Origin: Polyangiaceae bacterium
Lineage (GTDB): Bacteria > Myxococcota_A > Polyangia > Polyangiales > Polyangiaceae
NCBI GenBank assembly: GCA_022447485.1
Contig: JAKVCH010000001.1
Span: forward strand, 1 to 38,992
Direction: 5' to 3'
Length of the DNA stretch: 38,992 nt
Position numbers and translations under genes: made by a program. The notes under the pieces are model-generated. The model made no database searches, was not told where the DNA came from, and was given only the letters and a program-made list of their open reading frames with translations. Positions within the stretch are counted from its first letter, which is position 1; every line of letters starts with the position of its first letter. Shown in pieces: positions 26,105-36,093 of the stretch.

Positions 26105-26136
26105 CTGATTCGACGAAGCACGCTTGGTCGAATCAG
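26105..26136 (+). other. Perfect 10 bp inverted repeat (stem-loop) downstream of rpoZ, with no U-tract
   Basis: CTGATTCGAC (26105-26114) and GTCGAATCAG (26127-26136) are exact reverse complements separated by a 12 nt loop. Confidence 0.6.
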
Positions 26137-26172
26137 GACCGCCTGACCCCACGATTGTACGAGTAGCAGGCG

Positions 26173-27030
26173 ATGACCCAAATAGATGCAAGTCGGCTCG
26201 ATCATTATCGTGATGCACTTCTCTACGAAATAGCCTTCCGAGGAAGAAAGGCCGACGTCTCGTACTTTGTTGAGATAGCAAACCGAGCCCGGGAGCAAGG
26301 TGTACTCGATGGGCCGATCATCGAATGGGGCGCGGGAACTGGTCGAGTTTCATTTGCTTTAGCAAGGGCCGGACACAACGTGCTGGCGATCGATGCGAGT
26401 AAAAATATGCTCCATCGCCTCCAAGAAAAGAAGCGCCGCTACCCCCGAAAAGTAGGGAAAAGGGTTCAGCCGCTCTTTGGTGACATGCGCTCAACCAAGA
26501 TCGATTTTCGCTCGGGATTGATCTTAGGGACCTTCAATGTTGTCGCTCACCTGGCTGCGTATCAAGACGCCATCGCATTTTTTAGAAATTCAAAAGACCA
26601 CCTGACGGAAGGAGGACTTTTTGCCTTTGACGTGCCCCTTCCACTCGCAGATGAGGTCCACTGCGAACCTGGCATGGTGCACCACGCGCCGAAGTTCAAG
26701 CACCCTCAAACGAAAGAATGGATTCGCCATCAAGAGATTTTTCACTACGACGCTTTCCATCAAGTGCTCGCGGTTAAAAATATTTACACCAGCTCTGAAG
26801 GAGACGAACTCACCGTCCCATTGAACCTGCGTCAATGGTTTCCCCGGGAATTGGAGGCAGCACTCAATTACGCAGGCTTTTCTCACGTCCAGACGACTGC
26901 AGACTACACCGACTTGCCAGGACAGTTGTGTCGCGACAGCTTGGTTTATCATTGCCACAACGATCATCCGCAACCAGCTCACTCAAAGTCCGCATCACGT
27001 ACTTCGAGCGAAAGAAAAAATCTTCCCTGA
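26173..27030 (+). CDS. Class I SAM-dependent methyltransferase
   Basis: Motif I IIEWGAGTGRVSFALARAGHNVLAIDASKNML. The substrate cannot be inferred. Confidence 0.8.
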   Translation: MTQIDASRLDHYRDALLYEIAFRGRKADVSYFVEIANRAREQGVLDGPIIEWGAGTGRVSFALARAGHNVLAIDASKNMLHRLQEKKRRYPRKVGKRVQPLFGDMRSTKIDFRSGLILGTFNVVAHLAAYQDAIAFFRNSKDHLTEGGLFAFDVPLPLADEVHCEPGMVHHAPKFKHPQTKEWIRHQEIFHYDAFHQVLAVKNIYTSSEGDELTVPLNLRQWFPRELEAALNYAGFSHVQTTADYTDLPGQLCRDSLVYHCHNDHPQPAHSKSASRTSSERKNLP

Positions 27031-27106
27031 CATCGATCAGTGGTTACGTTGTCCTCTGGGGCGACATTGAACTCTCAATTCAGCTTCGAAAATCCCCGGT
27101 AAAACA

Positions 27107-28042
27107 ATGGCAGCAGATTATTACAAAGAAATAGGAGTTCCACGATCAGCCTCGGAAGACGAGATCAAGAAAGCATATCGTAAACTCGCTGGTCAGCTCC
27201 ATCCGGACAAGAATCAAGACAATCCTGAGGCCTCCCAACGCTTCACTCGCGTGACGACTGCCTACAACGTCTTGAGTGATACAAAAAAACGAAAGCTCTA
27301 CGACGAATTTGGCGAAGATGGGCTTCGCGAGGGTTTTAACGCCGACGCTGCCCGGGCCTACAAACAAGGCTTCGGTGGGATGGGCGGTGGTCGTGGCGGT
27401 GGTCATGTGAATTTGGAAGACCTCTTCGGTGGTGGTGGTGGCGCCGGCGGCTTTGGAGATATGTTGGGCGATCTCTTCGGGGGTGGTGGAGGACGCGCCC
27501 GTCGCCAGCCTCAAAAAAGTCCAGACGTCGAAAGCGAAATCGCCATTGAGTTCGTCTCAGCCATCCGGGGAGCGGAATTGGAGCTCTCAATCGGCGGTCG
27601 AGAGGTGAAGGTGCGAATTCCTCCGGGAGCCAAGACTGGCGATACGCTGCGAGTACCTGGCGCCGGAACGAGCGCAGCCCCTGGAATGCCTCCAGGCGAC
27701 CTCCTTCTCAATGTAAAAGTAAAAACGCACCCCTGCTTCGAACGAGACGGTCTTGATCTCAGCCTCGACGTGCCGCTGAGCATCGGAGAGGCCTATCACG
27801 GCACGAAAGTAGAGGTGCCGACTCCGGGCGGCAGCGTTCAGTTGAAAGTGCCCGCCCATGCCCAGAGTGGCCAAGTGCTTCGCCTGAAAGGGAAGGGAGT
27901 CACTCGTGGCGGTAAGTCAGGTGATCTCTATGTGAAATTCCTCGTTCGGATTCCGCAAGTCGAATCTCCAGAAATCGAAGAGGCAATCAAACGCATCGAC
28001 CAAGAAAGCTCCCCCGACCTGCGCTCAGAACTGCACTTTTGA
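27107..28042 (+). CDS. cbpA: Type II J-domain co-chaperone (CbpA/DnaJ-like, no zinc-finger domain)
   Basis: [33 protein letters not shown] (HPD motif), a Gly/Phe-rich linker, and DnaJ C-terminal beta domains. There is no CxxCxGxG repeat. Confidence 0.85.
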   Translation: MAADYYKEIGVPRSASEDEIKKAYRKLAGQLHPDKNQDNPEASQRFTRVTTAYNVLSDTKKRKLYDEFGEDGLREGFNADAARAYKQGFGGMGGGRGGGHVNLEDLFGGGGGAGGFGDMLGDLFGGGGGRARRQPQKSPDVESEIAIEFVSAIRGAELELSIGGREVKVRIPPGAKTGDTLRVPGAGTSAAPGMPPGDLLLNVKVKTHPCFERDGLDLSLDVPLSIGEAYHGTKVEVPTPGGSVQLKVPAHAQSGQVLRLKGKGVTRGGKSGDLYVKFLVRIPQVESPEIEEAIKRIDQESSPDLRSELHF

Positions 28043-28128
28043 GCAGTTGAATAACGATATTCTCTCAAGGCGCCGCAACTCACGCCTAGAATTCCCGACT
28101 ATTCGGAGGAATGTGCTAGGGGGAGGCC

Positions 28129-30411
28129 GTGAACTCTCCTTCACTCTTTTCCCATCGTCGTTTTTGGGCCCATCGTTTTGGTGTTGCGCCATTTCTTCCT
28201 CGCACTGCGGAGGAGATGGAGGCCCTCGGCTGGGAAGCTTGCGATATTATCCTCGTCACGGGTGACGCTTATGTTGATCACCCCAGCTTCGGCATGGGGA
28301 TCATTGGTCGCCTCTTAGAGGCCCAAGGTTTTCGAGTTGGTATCCTCGACCAACCCGATTGGAACGACCCTCATGCATTCCACGCTCTCGGCGAGCCAAC
28401 TCTTTTCTTCGGCGTTACTGGCGGAAATATGGATTCGCTGGTCAACCACTACACCAGCGACAAGAAACCTCGTTCCGATGATGCCTACACCCCTGGAGGT
28501 CTAGCAGGTTCACGGCCCGATCGCGCCACGATCGTCTACACCCATCGCTGCCGAGCCGCCTTTCCTGATCGGCCCGTGATTATCGGCGGTATTGAGGCAA
28601 GCCTGCGGCGCTTGGCCCACTTTGATTATTGGTCGAATAAAGTGAGGCGTTCTCTGCTTGTTGATAGTGGCGCGGATCTTTTGATCTATGGCAATGCAGA
28701 GCGAGCGTTGGTTGAAATTGCCCATCGAATTGCCGCCGGGGAAAACCCCAGAAAAATCTATGATGTACGGGGAACCGCCGTGCGCAGGCAGGTTGGCGCC
28801 AGCGGCCCTATCGATGCTGAGCTGGGCGAATTTCTCGTCGAACGAAGCGATCAATTTGATGCTGTCGGCGTGATCGATCCGCTCCTCGATCCCTACGCGA
28901 CCGAGGAAGAGATGCGATCAAATAACGATCTCATCAAAGAGGAGTCTTCCTCAGGTTCAGCCCAAAATTTAATTCAGCTCGGGCTAAAGAAAACAGAAGT
29001 CGCCCAACAAGACCAATCATTGAATGAGCGCAAAATTCGCGCCTCTCATCCTCGGGAGAGAACCATCATTCGCCTCCCATCCAGCGCGGATGTCACGAAG
29101 GACAAGGCGCTCTACGCCCATGCGAATCGAGTCTTTCACCTCGAGGCAAACCCCCATAACGCACGAGCTTTAGTTCAAAGAAACGGCGATACAGACGTAT
29201 TTGTCAATCCTCCGCCATTCCCTCTCACAACTGCCGAAATGGATAAGTTGTATGAGCTGCCCTACCAGAGAGTGCCTCACCCGGCTCATCAAGATAAAAT
29301 TCCCGCATACGAGATGATCCGCTTTTCAGTGACCATCATGCGAGGATGCTTCGGTGGCTGCTCTTTCTGTTCAATCACGGAACATGAAGGGCGCATCATT
29401 CAAAGTCGCTCCGAAAAGTCCATCTTGAACGAGGTCGAAGGTTTAAAGCAAATACCCGGCTTCACAGGCGCCGTGAGCGACCTCGGTGGTCCCACCGCAA
29501 ATATGTATCGTCTTGCTTGCAAAAGCCGTGCGATCGAAGCGTCCTGTAGAAAACCAAGCTGTGTTTATCCTGGTATTTGTAGCAATCTCAACACAGACCA
29601 TAGTCCGTTAATTCAAATATATAAAAAGGCGCGCCGCATCCCTGGCATTAAGAAAATCGCGATTGCTTCAGGGCTCCGCTACGATTTAGCCGTAGAATCT
29701 CCGGAATACATCAAAGAGCTCGTGACTCACCACGTGGGCGGCTACTTAAAAATTGCCCCGGAACACACAGAATCTGGTCCCTTATCAAAAATGATGAAAC
29801 CTGGGATCGGCGCCTACGATCGATTCAAGGAGCTTTTTGAAGAATACTCCAAAAAGGCCGGCAAAAAGCAGTATCTCATACCCTACTTCATTGCCGCACA
29901 CCCCGGAACTCGGGACGAAGATATGTTGGAGCTGGCCCTTTGGCTCAAGGCCAATGGCTATCGAGCTGATCAGGTACAAGCATTCCTTCCATCGCCGATG
30001 TCCTACGCCACTGCGATGTATCACACAGGCCGTAATCCGCTCAAAGCAGTCAAAGCCAAAGGCTCAGAACCTGTCTACTCGGTCAAAACCTACGACCAGC
30101 GTAAATTACATAAAGCGTTCCTGCGCTACCATGATTCATCGAATTGGCCCTTGCTACGCAAAGCCCTCAGAAAAATGGGCCGTTCTGATCTGATTGGGAA
30201 CCAGCCAACCCAGCTGATTCCCGGTGAGTCCCGGGCCACTCGCGAACGAGCCGGCCGCCAGCATCACAGAGGCAGACACCAGGCCCAACCATCAAGATCC
30301 CAGGGTCGCGCGGGAAAAAGGCGTTCTGGCTCAACCCAAAGCGGGCGCTTCGCAACGACTCATAACGGTCTACCTCAATTTCCGCCGAAAAACGGACGAA
30401 AGCGACCCTAG
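28129..30411 (+). CDS. ygiQ: YgiQ family radical SAM protein (UPF0313)
   Basis: [47 protein letters not shown] closely parallels the E. coli YgiQ N-terminus, as recalled. Radical SAM cluster [14 protein letters not shown]. Arg-rich C-terminal tail. GTG start. Confidence 0.9.
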   Translation: MNSPSLFSHRRFWAHRFGVAPFLPRTAEEMEALGWEACDIILVTGDAYVDHPSFGMGIIGRLLEAQGFRVGILDQPDWNDPHAFHALGEPTLFFGVTGGNMDSLVNHYTSDKKPRSDDAYTPGGLAGSRPDRATIVYTHRCRAAFPDRPVIIGGIEASLRRLAHFDYWSNKVRRSLLVDSGADLLIYGNAERALVEIAHRIAAGENPRKIYDVRGTAVRRQVGASGPIDAELGEFLVERSDQFDAVGVIDPLLDPYATEEEMRSNNDLIKEESSSGSAQNLIQLGLKKTEVAQQDQSLNERKIRASHPRERTIIRLPSSADVTKDKALYAHANRVFHLEANPHNARALVQRNGDTDVFVNPPPFPLTTAEMDKLYELPYQRVPHPAHQDKIPAYEMIRFSVTIMRGCFGGCSFCSITEHEGRIIQSRSEKSILNEVEGLKQIPGFTGAVSDLGGPTANMYRLACKSRAIEASCRKPSCVYPGICSNLNTDHSPLIQIYKKARRIPGIKKIAIASGLRYDLAVESPEYIKELVTHHVGGYLKIAPEHTESGPLSKMMKPGIGAYDRFKELFEEYSKKAGKKQYLIPYFIAAHPGTRDEDMLELALWLKANGYRADQVQAFLPSPMSYATAMYHTGRNPLKAVKAKGSEPVYSVKTYDQRKLHKAFLRYHDSSNWPLLRKALRKMGRSDLIGNQPTQLIPGESRATRERAGRQHHRGRHQAQPSRSQGRAGKRRSGSTQSGRFATTHNGLPQFPPKNGRKRP

Positions 30412-30427
30412 AAAGAGCCCTCGTTAA

Positions 30428-31690
30428 CTACGAATAATTGGGGGCCTGTGTCTGTTTTGAACCCCAATAGATCAAACCAAGAGCGATCACCGCAGTCGTC
30501 AGCCATAAGAGCCAGGAGGGAACACCCTGCAAGTCCTCTCCTTCCGATGCATCGATCATCGCCTGCCGATAGGCTCCATCTTCCAAAGCTCCCACGAGCT
30601 TTGTGCCGCCGATAAAGACAGTTGGCAACTGAAAACCAATCTTTCGAATGAGCTCGATATTACTTTTGAGCTCTTCCTCAGGCCGTCCTGATGCCTCACA
30701 TTCAGCTAACTTAGGACCATTCAGCTCTAGGTCGCGAACTAAACCTAAGAGAGTGTCGTCATCTAAGGACTTAGCTGTAAAGATTCGCTCGACTAATTCA
30801 TCTTCTTTGCCTTGTTCTGCAGCGCAAAGCGCCAAAATAGAGGCGACTCGGGCTCGAGCATGAGAAGGCAGCGGGACATAGCGACGGTCTAAACGAACCG
30901 TCGGTCCTTGCTCCTGAACCAAATCATCAAGACGCGGGCCTAAATCGCGACAATGAGGGCATTGAAAATCAAAAAACTCGACAATATTTATCTTGCCCGG
31001 CTCATAGAGAGCACGAATCTCACCGGGCACAGCGGGAGTAGCACTCAACTCAGTCACGAGAACAGGGGCCACCAGACACCACAGAGCCAGCAGAAACCAA
31101 GCCTTGCGCCGAAGCCGAAAATGGCTCTCCAAACCACGTACAATGGGCGTTGGAGCCTCGTACAATCGACTATCTTCCGCCCATACCCGCGAGCTACGTC
31201 TCCCTTCTGCACCGAGCTCTCGAAGATCGACAAGAGAATCTCTTTCCGCCTCTAGCTGCTGCACCTCTGCGGCTCGTAGGTCATCCAAGAAAAAGGCAGC
31301 TGCCGCAAGAATGACCAGAGAAAGATCGACGACGACGCAAAAGGGACAGTACGATCCGATCACCAATGCTTGTAGTGAGAGCAATAGGAGCCCGACCCCC
31401 CCAAGCAACATAGAAAGGAGACGAAACTTCTTCTGCCACCGGGGCGAGAGCTCTGCCATCGATAGGCCAAAAAGAGCGGCAAAGGCGAACATACCCAGTA
31501 AAGGCAAAGGTATTTCAAAGGCTCCCAGGGGAATGGCGGAGTATCGACTTGCACTCACCGCACCACAACCAGAACTCGCCGAGCAAAACGACTGTTCCGG
31601 TGAGAGAAGTGCGATGAATAGAACCACACTCATCATCAGCCCTAAAAGGGCCGCGACTCGATAAACGAAGATCCCGTGTAAAGCTTTCAA
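30428..31690 (-). CDS. VKOR-like membrane domain fused to a DsbA/thioredoxin-like domain (disulfide bond formation protein)
   Basis: The N-terminal polytopic part has a loop Cys pair (CSASSGC) and CPFC in a TM helix, as in VKOR. The C-terminal soluble part has FFDFQCPHCRDL (a DsbA-type CPHC). TTG start at 31690 is uncertain. Confidence 0.8.
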   Translation of the reverse strand: MKALHGIFVYRVAALLGLMMSVVLFIALLSPEQSFCSASSGCGAVSASRYSAIPLGAFEIPLPLLGMFAFAALFGLSMAELSPRWQKKFRLLSMLLGGVGLLLLSLQALVIGSYCPFCVVVDLSLVILAAAAFFLDDLRAAEVQQLEAERDSLVDLRELGAEGRRSSRVWAEDSRLYEAPTPIVRGLESHFRLRRKAWFLLALWCLVAPVLVTELSATPAVPGEIRALYEPGKINIVEFFDFQCPHCRDLGPRLDDLVQEQGPTVRLDRRYVPLPSHARARVASILALCAAEQGKEDELVERIFTAKSLDDDTLLGLVRDLELNGPKLAECEASGRPEEELKSNIELIRKIGFQLPTVFIGGTKLVGALEDGAYRQAMIDASEGEDLQGVPSWLLWLTTAVIALGLIYWGSKQTQAPNYS

Positions 31691-31697
31691 ACCGGAA

Positions 31698-33950
31698 ATG
31701 GGTATAGCTCCCTCGCCACGGGCGCGCTACGCCTCTCCCATGGATCATGAATCCCGGTGGGGAAATGCTGTCTTAGAGGTACTCGGCGAATGGGGACGCG
31801 GTATGCACCCCCGCGAACTCGCGATAAAACTAGATCTCGAACCCGAGGATTACGATGCGCTCCTCGATGATCTGGAAGATCTTATGGAAGCTGGGCTTGT
31901 AAAAGAGCTGCCCGGCGGACGAGTACGCGCCCGTGGTCGGAAACTCACTCGACCAAAACCGACAGCTCGGGGGCTTGCCGAAATCGTGGAAAAAAAAGGC
32001 CGTACGAGCGCCGCTCGAACCCAATCGAAAAAGGAAAGACCTCCCAAAGCAAACAAGGAAAAGACGGCCGAGCAGAGCGACAAGTCCCTTCGCCAAAAGA
32101 AAGAAAAGCCCTCGAAAAAACGCTCTGACTCGACCAAGAAAAGCTCACCAAAGAAGAAGTTTAAAACGACCTCCAGCCAGTGGGAGGGTAGAATCACAGT
32201 CCACGCTCGCGGCTTTGCCTTTGTGACCCGCCAGGGCCAAGACGATGTCTTCATTCCCGCTGATGCCGTCTACGAAGCGCTGCACGGCGATCAGGTATTG
32301 GTGCGCGTCACTGGCCGCTCCCGCAAGGGCCTCGAGGGAGTCGTAGAACAAGTCACCCAGCGTCGAGATCCGCGCTTTACGGGCACCCTACGCTGCAAAA
32401 CCAAGAGCCAATGGATCGAACCCGACGATAGCAGACTGAGAAGCCCCATCTTAATCAAGGAGAATAAAGTCGACGCCCGAGACGGCGATGCGGTAGTCGC
32501 TGCCATCAATCGATTTCCTGCCTTTTCCGACGAATTGGCGGAGGCAGAGCTCGTCGAAGTTCTCGGTCCCGCTGGTGACCTCAAGACCGAGGAACGCAAA
32601 ATTCTCATCGGTAATGCCGTCCGCCAAGAACATCCACCGGAGGTTCTCTTGAATGCCGAGGAAATGGCCGAACGGCTGAAAAAAGCAAAATTGGGAAAAA
32701 GACGCGATTTGAGGCAAATTCCTTTGCCCACCATCGACCCAGAGGATGCAAGAGACCATGACGACGCCATTTGGGTAGAGAAGTACCGCTCAGGCTACCG
32801 AGCGTATATTGCCATCGCCGATGTGAGCGAATATGTTCGAGAAGGCTCAGCCCTCGACGAAGAGGCCCGCGCTCGAGGCTGCACCATCTATCTCCCCGAT
32901 CGGGCCATCCCCATGTTGCCCCGGGTACTCGCCGCCGATCTCTGCTCTCTTCTGCCAGAGCAAGATCGATTTTGCATGTGCGTAATCGCCGATTTGAATA
33001 AAAAGGGCGAAGTAAAAACCTACGAAGTCGTCGAAGGTCTGATGCGCTCCCATGCTCGCCTGACATACGACGGAGTCGCTCGCACGCTCGGCTTTGATGA
33101 AGAATCTCCCCAGTCGGCAGCGGCGGAGGCAATGAAGCCCAATCTTGAGCTACTCTACGAGCTCTCTCAAAAGTTGAGACAGACTCGGTCCAAAAAGGGA
33201 GCTCTCAACCTCGACTTGCCTGAGCCACGAGTAGTCGTTGACGAAGAAACCGGGGCACCTCTCGAAATTAAAAAACGAGCCACTCGCCCTGGTCTCAAGT
33301 TGGCCTACTCAATGGTCGAGGAAATGATGCTCCTGGCAAACGAACTCGTCGCACTCTGGCTCGATGAAGAAAAACTGCCCGGGATTTACCGGGTACATGC
33401 TGAGCCAGATCCTGAAAAGCTCGAAAAGCTCGCCATGATCGCCGATGAAATGGAAGTCGCCATTGATATCGAATCACTCCAAGACCCCATTGGCGTCGCC
33501 AAATTCCTCAATTCTTTGGAGGGGCATCCGAAAAAATCAATCCTCGAAAAGCTGCTGTTACGCTCTCTGAAGCAAGCTCAGTATGATACCGAAAATATTG
33601 GTCATTTTGGCTTAGCAAAGGAGTATTACGTCCATTTCACTTCGCCGATTCGGCGTTACCCTGACCTGCGAGTGCATCGCCAGATTAAGTCCGTACTACG
33701 CGGCGAAAAGTCAAAACAGAAGCCAAAGAAGATTATCGAGGACCTCACCGAAGCCGCCCACGAATCGAGTAAACGGGAAAGGGATGCAATTGGGGTCGAA
33801 AGAGAAATTCTCGATCTCTACCGCGCTTCCTACATGAAGCAGCACATAGGAGATGTCTTCGTTGGCCGAATTACAGGGTTTAGTGGGATGGGCGTTTACG
33901 TCTCTTTAGATGAGCCTTTTGTGGACGTCATGATTCCCTACGAGTGTTAG
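31698..33950 (+). CDS. rnr: Ribonuclease R, N-terminal 750 aa, ending prematurely inside the S1 domain
   Basis: N-terminal HTH, cold-shock domain (GRITVHARGFAFV), RNB domain (DPEDARDHDDAIW, HFGL..YVHFTSPIRRYPDLRVHR) and the start of S1 (GDVFVGRITGFSGMGVYVSL). TAG at 33948. The alternative start ATG 31740 is more compatible with the divergent neighbour. Confidence 0.9.
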   Translation: MGIAPSPRARYASPMDHESRWGNAVLEVLGEWGRGMHPRELAIKLDLEPEDYDALLDDLEDLMEAGLVKELPGGRVRARGRKLTRPKPTARGLAEIVEKKGRTSAARTQSKKERPPKANKEKTAEQSDKSLRQKKEKPSKKRSDSTKKSSPKKKFKTTSSQWEGRITVHARGFAFVTRQGQDDVFIPADAVYEALHGDQVLVRVTGRSRKGLEGVVEQVTQRRDPRFTGTLRCKTKSQWIEPDDSRLRSPILIKENKVDARDGDAVVAAINRFPAFSDELAEAELVEVLGPAGDLKTEERKILIGNAVRQEHPPEVLLNAEEMAERLKKAKLGKRRDLRQIPLPTIDPEDARDHDDAIWVEKYRSGYRAYIAIADVSEYVREGSALDEEARARGCTIYLPDRAIPMLPRVLAADLCSLLPEQDRFCMCVIADLNKKGEVKTYEVVEGLMRSHARLTYDGVARTLGFDEESPQSAAAEAMKPNLELLYELSQKLRQTRSKKGALNLDLPEPRVVVDEETGAPLEIKKRATRPGLKLAYSMVEEMMLLANELVALWLDEEKLPGIYRVHAEPDPEKLEKLAMIADEMEVAIDIESLQDPIGVAKFLNSLEGHPKKSILEKLLLRSLKQAQYDTENIGHFGLAKEYYVHFTSPIRRYPDLRVHRQIKSVLRGEKSKQKPKKIIEDLTEAAHESSKRERDAIGVEREILDLYRASYMKQHIGDVFVGRITGFSGMGVYVSLDEPFVDVMIPYEC

Positions 33951-34591
33951 GTCCCGACGATTACAAACTCAGCCAAAGCGAAATGTCGGTGATCGGTGAG
34001 AGATCAGGAGAGGAGCTAATGATCTCCGAGGAACTCACCTTGGAGATCGTCGATGTGGTTCTCGCCCGGCGAGTCACCATCGGTCGACGCTCCCTCGATG
34101 ATCAAGAGATCGACGAATTAGAGGCCCAGGCCGAAGACAGGGGAGTTTCTCTTTTCTCATTCGGACGCCGAGCTCATGGGAAACAAGCTCAACAGCGAGG
34201 CAAAAGGCACTCCTCTCTCTCAAACGAAAGCCCCTCGACTGGTGGCTCAGGCTCTCGGCAAGCACGACCAGGTCGTGGGCGTGCCGCTAGCAAGGCGCGC
34301 CAAGACGAAAAACGCCGTACGACCCGAGCCCCGAAAAAAGCGGGTTCAGTCGCGCCCAGCGGGCAAAGGGCCAAAAGCAGCTCAAAGAAAAAAACGAGAG
34401 CGCGCGATGCAGACGCCCAGGCATCATCCACAGCTCGATCTCTGAGCTCACCTCGCGTCAAGGCCTCAAAAACCACACGATCACGCAAAAAGACGAGCAA
34501 AAAGACCACCACCAAGGTCCCAACTGCCCGTCAGAGATCTGCAGCTCGTACTGCAGCCGCAAGTCGCAGCGGGAAAGCCCGCCGCAAGTAG
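33944..34591 (+). CDS. rnr: Ribonuclease R C-terminal fragment (rest of the S1 domain plus basic tail) in the -1 frame
   Basis: LGPDDYKLSQSEMSVIGERSGEELMISEELTLEIVDVVLARRVTIGRR continues the S1 fold exactly where the upstream ORF stops. A Lys/Arg/Ser-rich tail typical of RNase R follows. Confidence 0.8.
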   Translation: MLGPDDYKLSQSEMSVIGERSGEELMISEELTLEIVDVVLARRVTIGRRSLDDQEIDELEAQAEDRGVSLFSFGRRAHGKQAQQRGKRHSSLSNESPSTGGSGSRQARPGRGRAASKARQDEKRRTTRAPKKAGSVAPSGQRAKSSSKKKTRARDADAQASSTARSLSSPRVKASKTTRSRKKTSKKTTTKVPTARQRSAARTAAASRSGKARRK

Positions 34592-34617
34592 AATAAAAAG
34601 CAATCTTAAGCTGAAAC

Positions 34618-35919
34618 TTAAAACTTCTGACCAGCAATTTCATCGCATCCCATCAAGGGACGCAACGCTGCTGGGAGAGAAACCGAACCATCTGCTTCTT
34701 GATATTGCTCCAAGATTGCTATCAAAGTACGGCCCACAGCTAGGCCAGAACCGTTGATCGTATGCACAAGCTGTGGTTTTTGCTTCACAGCAGGCCGATA
34801 GCGAATTTTCGCCCGACGAGCCTGGAAATCTCCGAAGAGAGAACAACTAGAGATCTCCCGATAACGACCCTGAGACGGTAACCAGACCTCAAGATCATAG
34901 GTTTTGGTCGCCGAAAAACCTAAGTCTCCTGTGCATAATTCAACCACGCGATAATGGAGACCTAATTGTTGCAAAATCGATTCTGCATCGGCTGTTAGTT
35001 TCTGAAATGCCTCTTCGCTTTTCTCGGCTTCAGCAAAGCAGACAAGTTCGACTTTATCGAATTGATGCTGACGAAAAAGACCTCGAACATCCTTACCGTA
35101 ACTGCCTGCTTCGCTGCGAAAGCAAGGTGTAAAACCGCAATACGAGCGGGGCAATGACCCCGGTTCGAAGATCTCATCGGCATGCAAATTCGTAATGGGC
35201 ACTTCCCCAGTTGGAATCAGGTAGAGAGGTTCTTCATCGTCCTCATGACGCTTCGTCTGGAAAAGGTCTTGCTCGAATTTGGGCAACTGGCCTGTCCCTT
35301 CCAAGGGAGCGGAACGCACCAAATAGGGCACAGCTACCTCGGTGTAACCATTCTGCTCAGTATGCACGTTCAGCATATAAGTGATCAGAGACCTTTCCAG
35401 TCGACTGGCTTGAGCCCACAGGACAGAGAACCGGGAACCACTCAATTTCGACGCTCGCTCAAAATCTAACAACCCAGGCACTAAATCGTAGTGAGCTTTC
35501 GGCTCAAAATCGAAAGATGGTTTCTTTCCCCACTCGCGCACCACGCGATTCTGCTCCTCAGAAGAACCGACGGGAGCGTCGGCATGAGGTAGATTAGGAA
35601 TACTCATCAGGCGTTCTTCAAAGGTCTTCAAGATGGCGCTGAGTTTTGTTTCTTCGCTCTTGAGCTCCGCTGAAAGCGCCTTGAGTTCATCACGACGAAG
35701 AGCAAACGCTTCGCGGTCACCCCCTTTCGCCAATTTTGACATTTCTTGATTGGCCGCATTGCGTCGGGCCGCCAGGGCTTCTGTGGTGCCGATCAACTGA
35801 CGACGCTGGCTCGCCAAGTCACCCAAGTCAGCCAATTGAGACTCCCAGGTTGACGAACGATTCTTCAATCGCTGTATGACTTCATCGAGGTGGTCGGCCA
35901 CGTATCGCGCATCAAGCAT
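34618..35919 (-). CDS. serS: Serine--tRNA ligase
   Basis: N-terminal coiled-coil arm (MLDARYVADHLDEVIQRLKNR...). Class II core (LIPTGEVPITNLH, FRSEAGSYGKDVRGLFRQHQFDKVE, NGSGLAVGRTLIAILE). Confidence 0.95.
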   Translation of the reverse strand: MLDARYVADHLDEVIQRLKNRSSTWESQLADLGDLASQRRQLIGTTEALAARRNAANQEMSKLAKGGDREAFALRRDELKALSAELKSEETKLSAILKTFEERLMSIPNLPHADAPVGSSEEQNRVVREWGKKPSFDFEPKAHYDLVPGLLDFERASKLSGSRFSVLWAQASRLERSLITYMLNVHTEQNGYTEVAVPYLVRSAPLEGTGQLPKFEQDLFQTKRHEDDEEPLYLIPTGEVPITNLHADEIFEPGSLPRSYCGFTPCFRSEAGSYGKDVRGLFRQHQFDKVELVCFAEAEKSEEAFQKLTADAESILQQLGLHYRVVELCTGDLGFSATKTYDLEVWLPSQGRYREISSCSLFGDFQARRAKIRYRPAVKQKPQLVHTINGSGLAVGRTLIAILEQYQEADGSVSLPAALRPLMGCDEIAGQKF

Positions 35920-36093
35920 ATTCGGGCTCTAGCAGGCTGACCGAGCGACGTCATCGGCTTCCAGCCCGGGGGGTCATCTAGAGGACCAAAAAAACAGGAG
36001 CCAAAAACACTAAACCCTGCAACTCATGCCGGATCAGCCCGCACCTTTCGATTGAGGTGAATCTCTCGAAGAATTTTCGTATGTTCCGCGGCC

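Noticed and set aside
32291-32770. Long antisense or out-of-frame ORFs inside confident genes. Examples are 32291-32770 (-), 32605-33132 (-), 36214-36765 (-), 19876-20370 (-), 20685-21206 (+), 24662-25225 (+) and 6841-7371 (+).
   Set aside because: They lie wholly within strongly supported CDSs on the other strand or frame. They are Arg/Ser/Pro-rich as expected for shadow ORFs, and lack start signals.
33942-33950. Programmed -1 ribosomal frameshifting as the explanation for the split rnr.
   Set aside because: There is no X XXY YYZ slippery heptamer at the junction (tac gag tgt tag) and no obvious downstream stimulatory structure. An indel, whether real or an assembly error, is the simpler explanation.
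35920-36093. A possible glycine riboswitch upstream of the alanine/glycine symporter.
   Set aside because: The conserved CUCUGGAGAG and ACCGAAGGGGCAA elements are absent on either strand.
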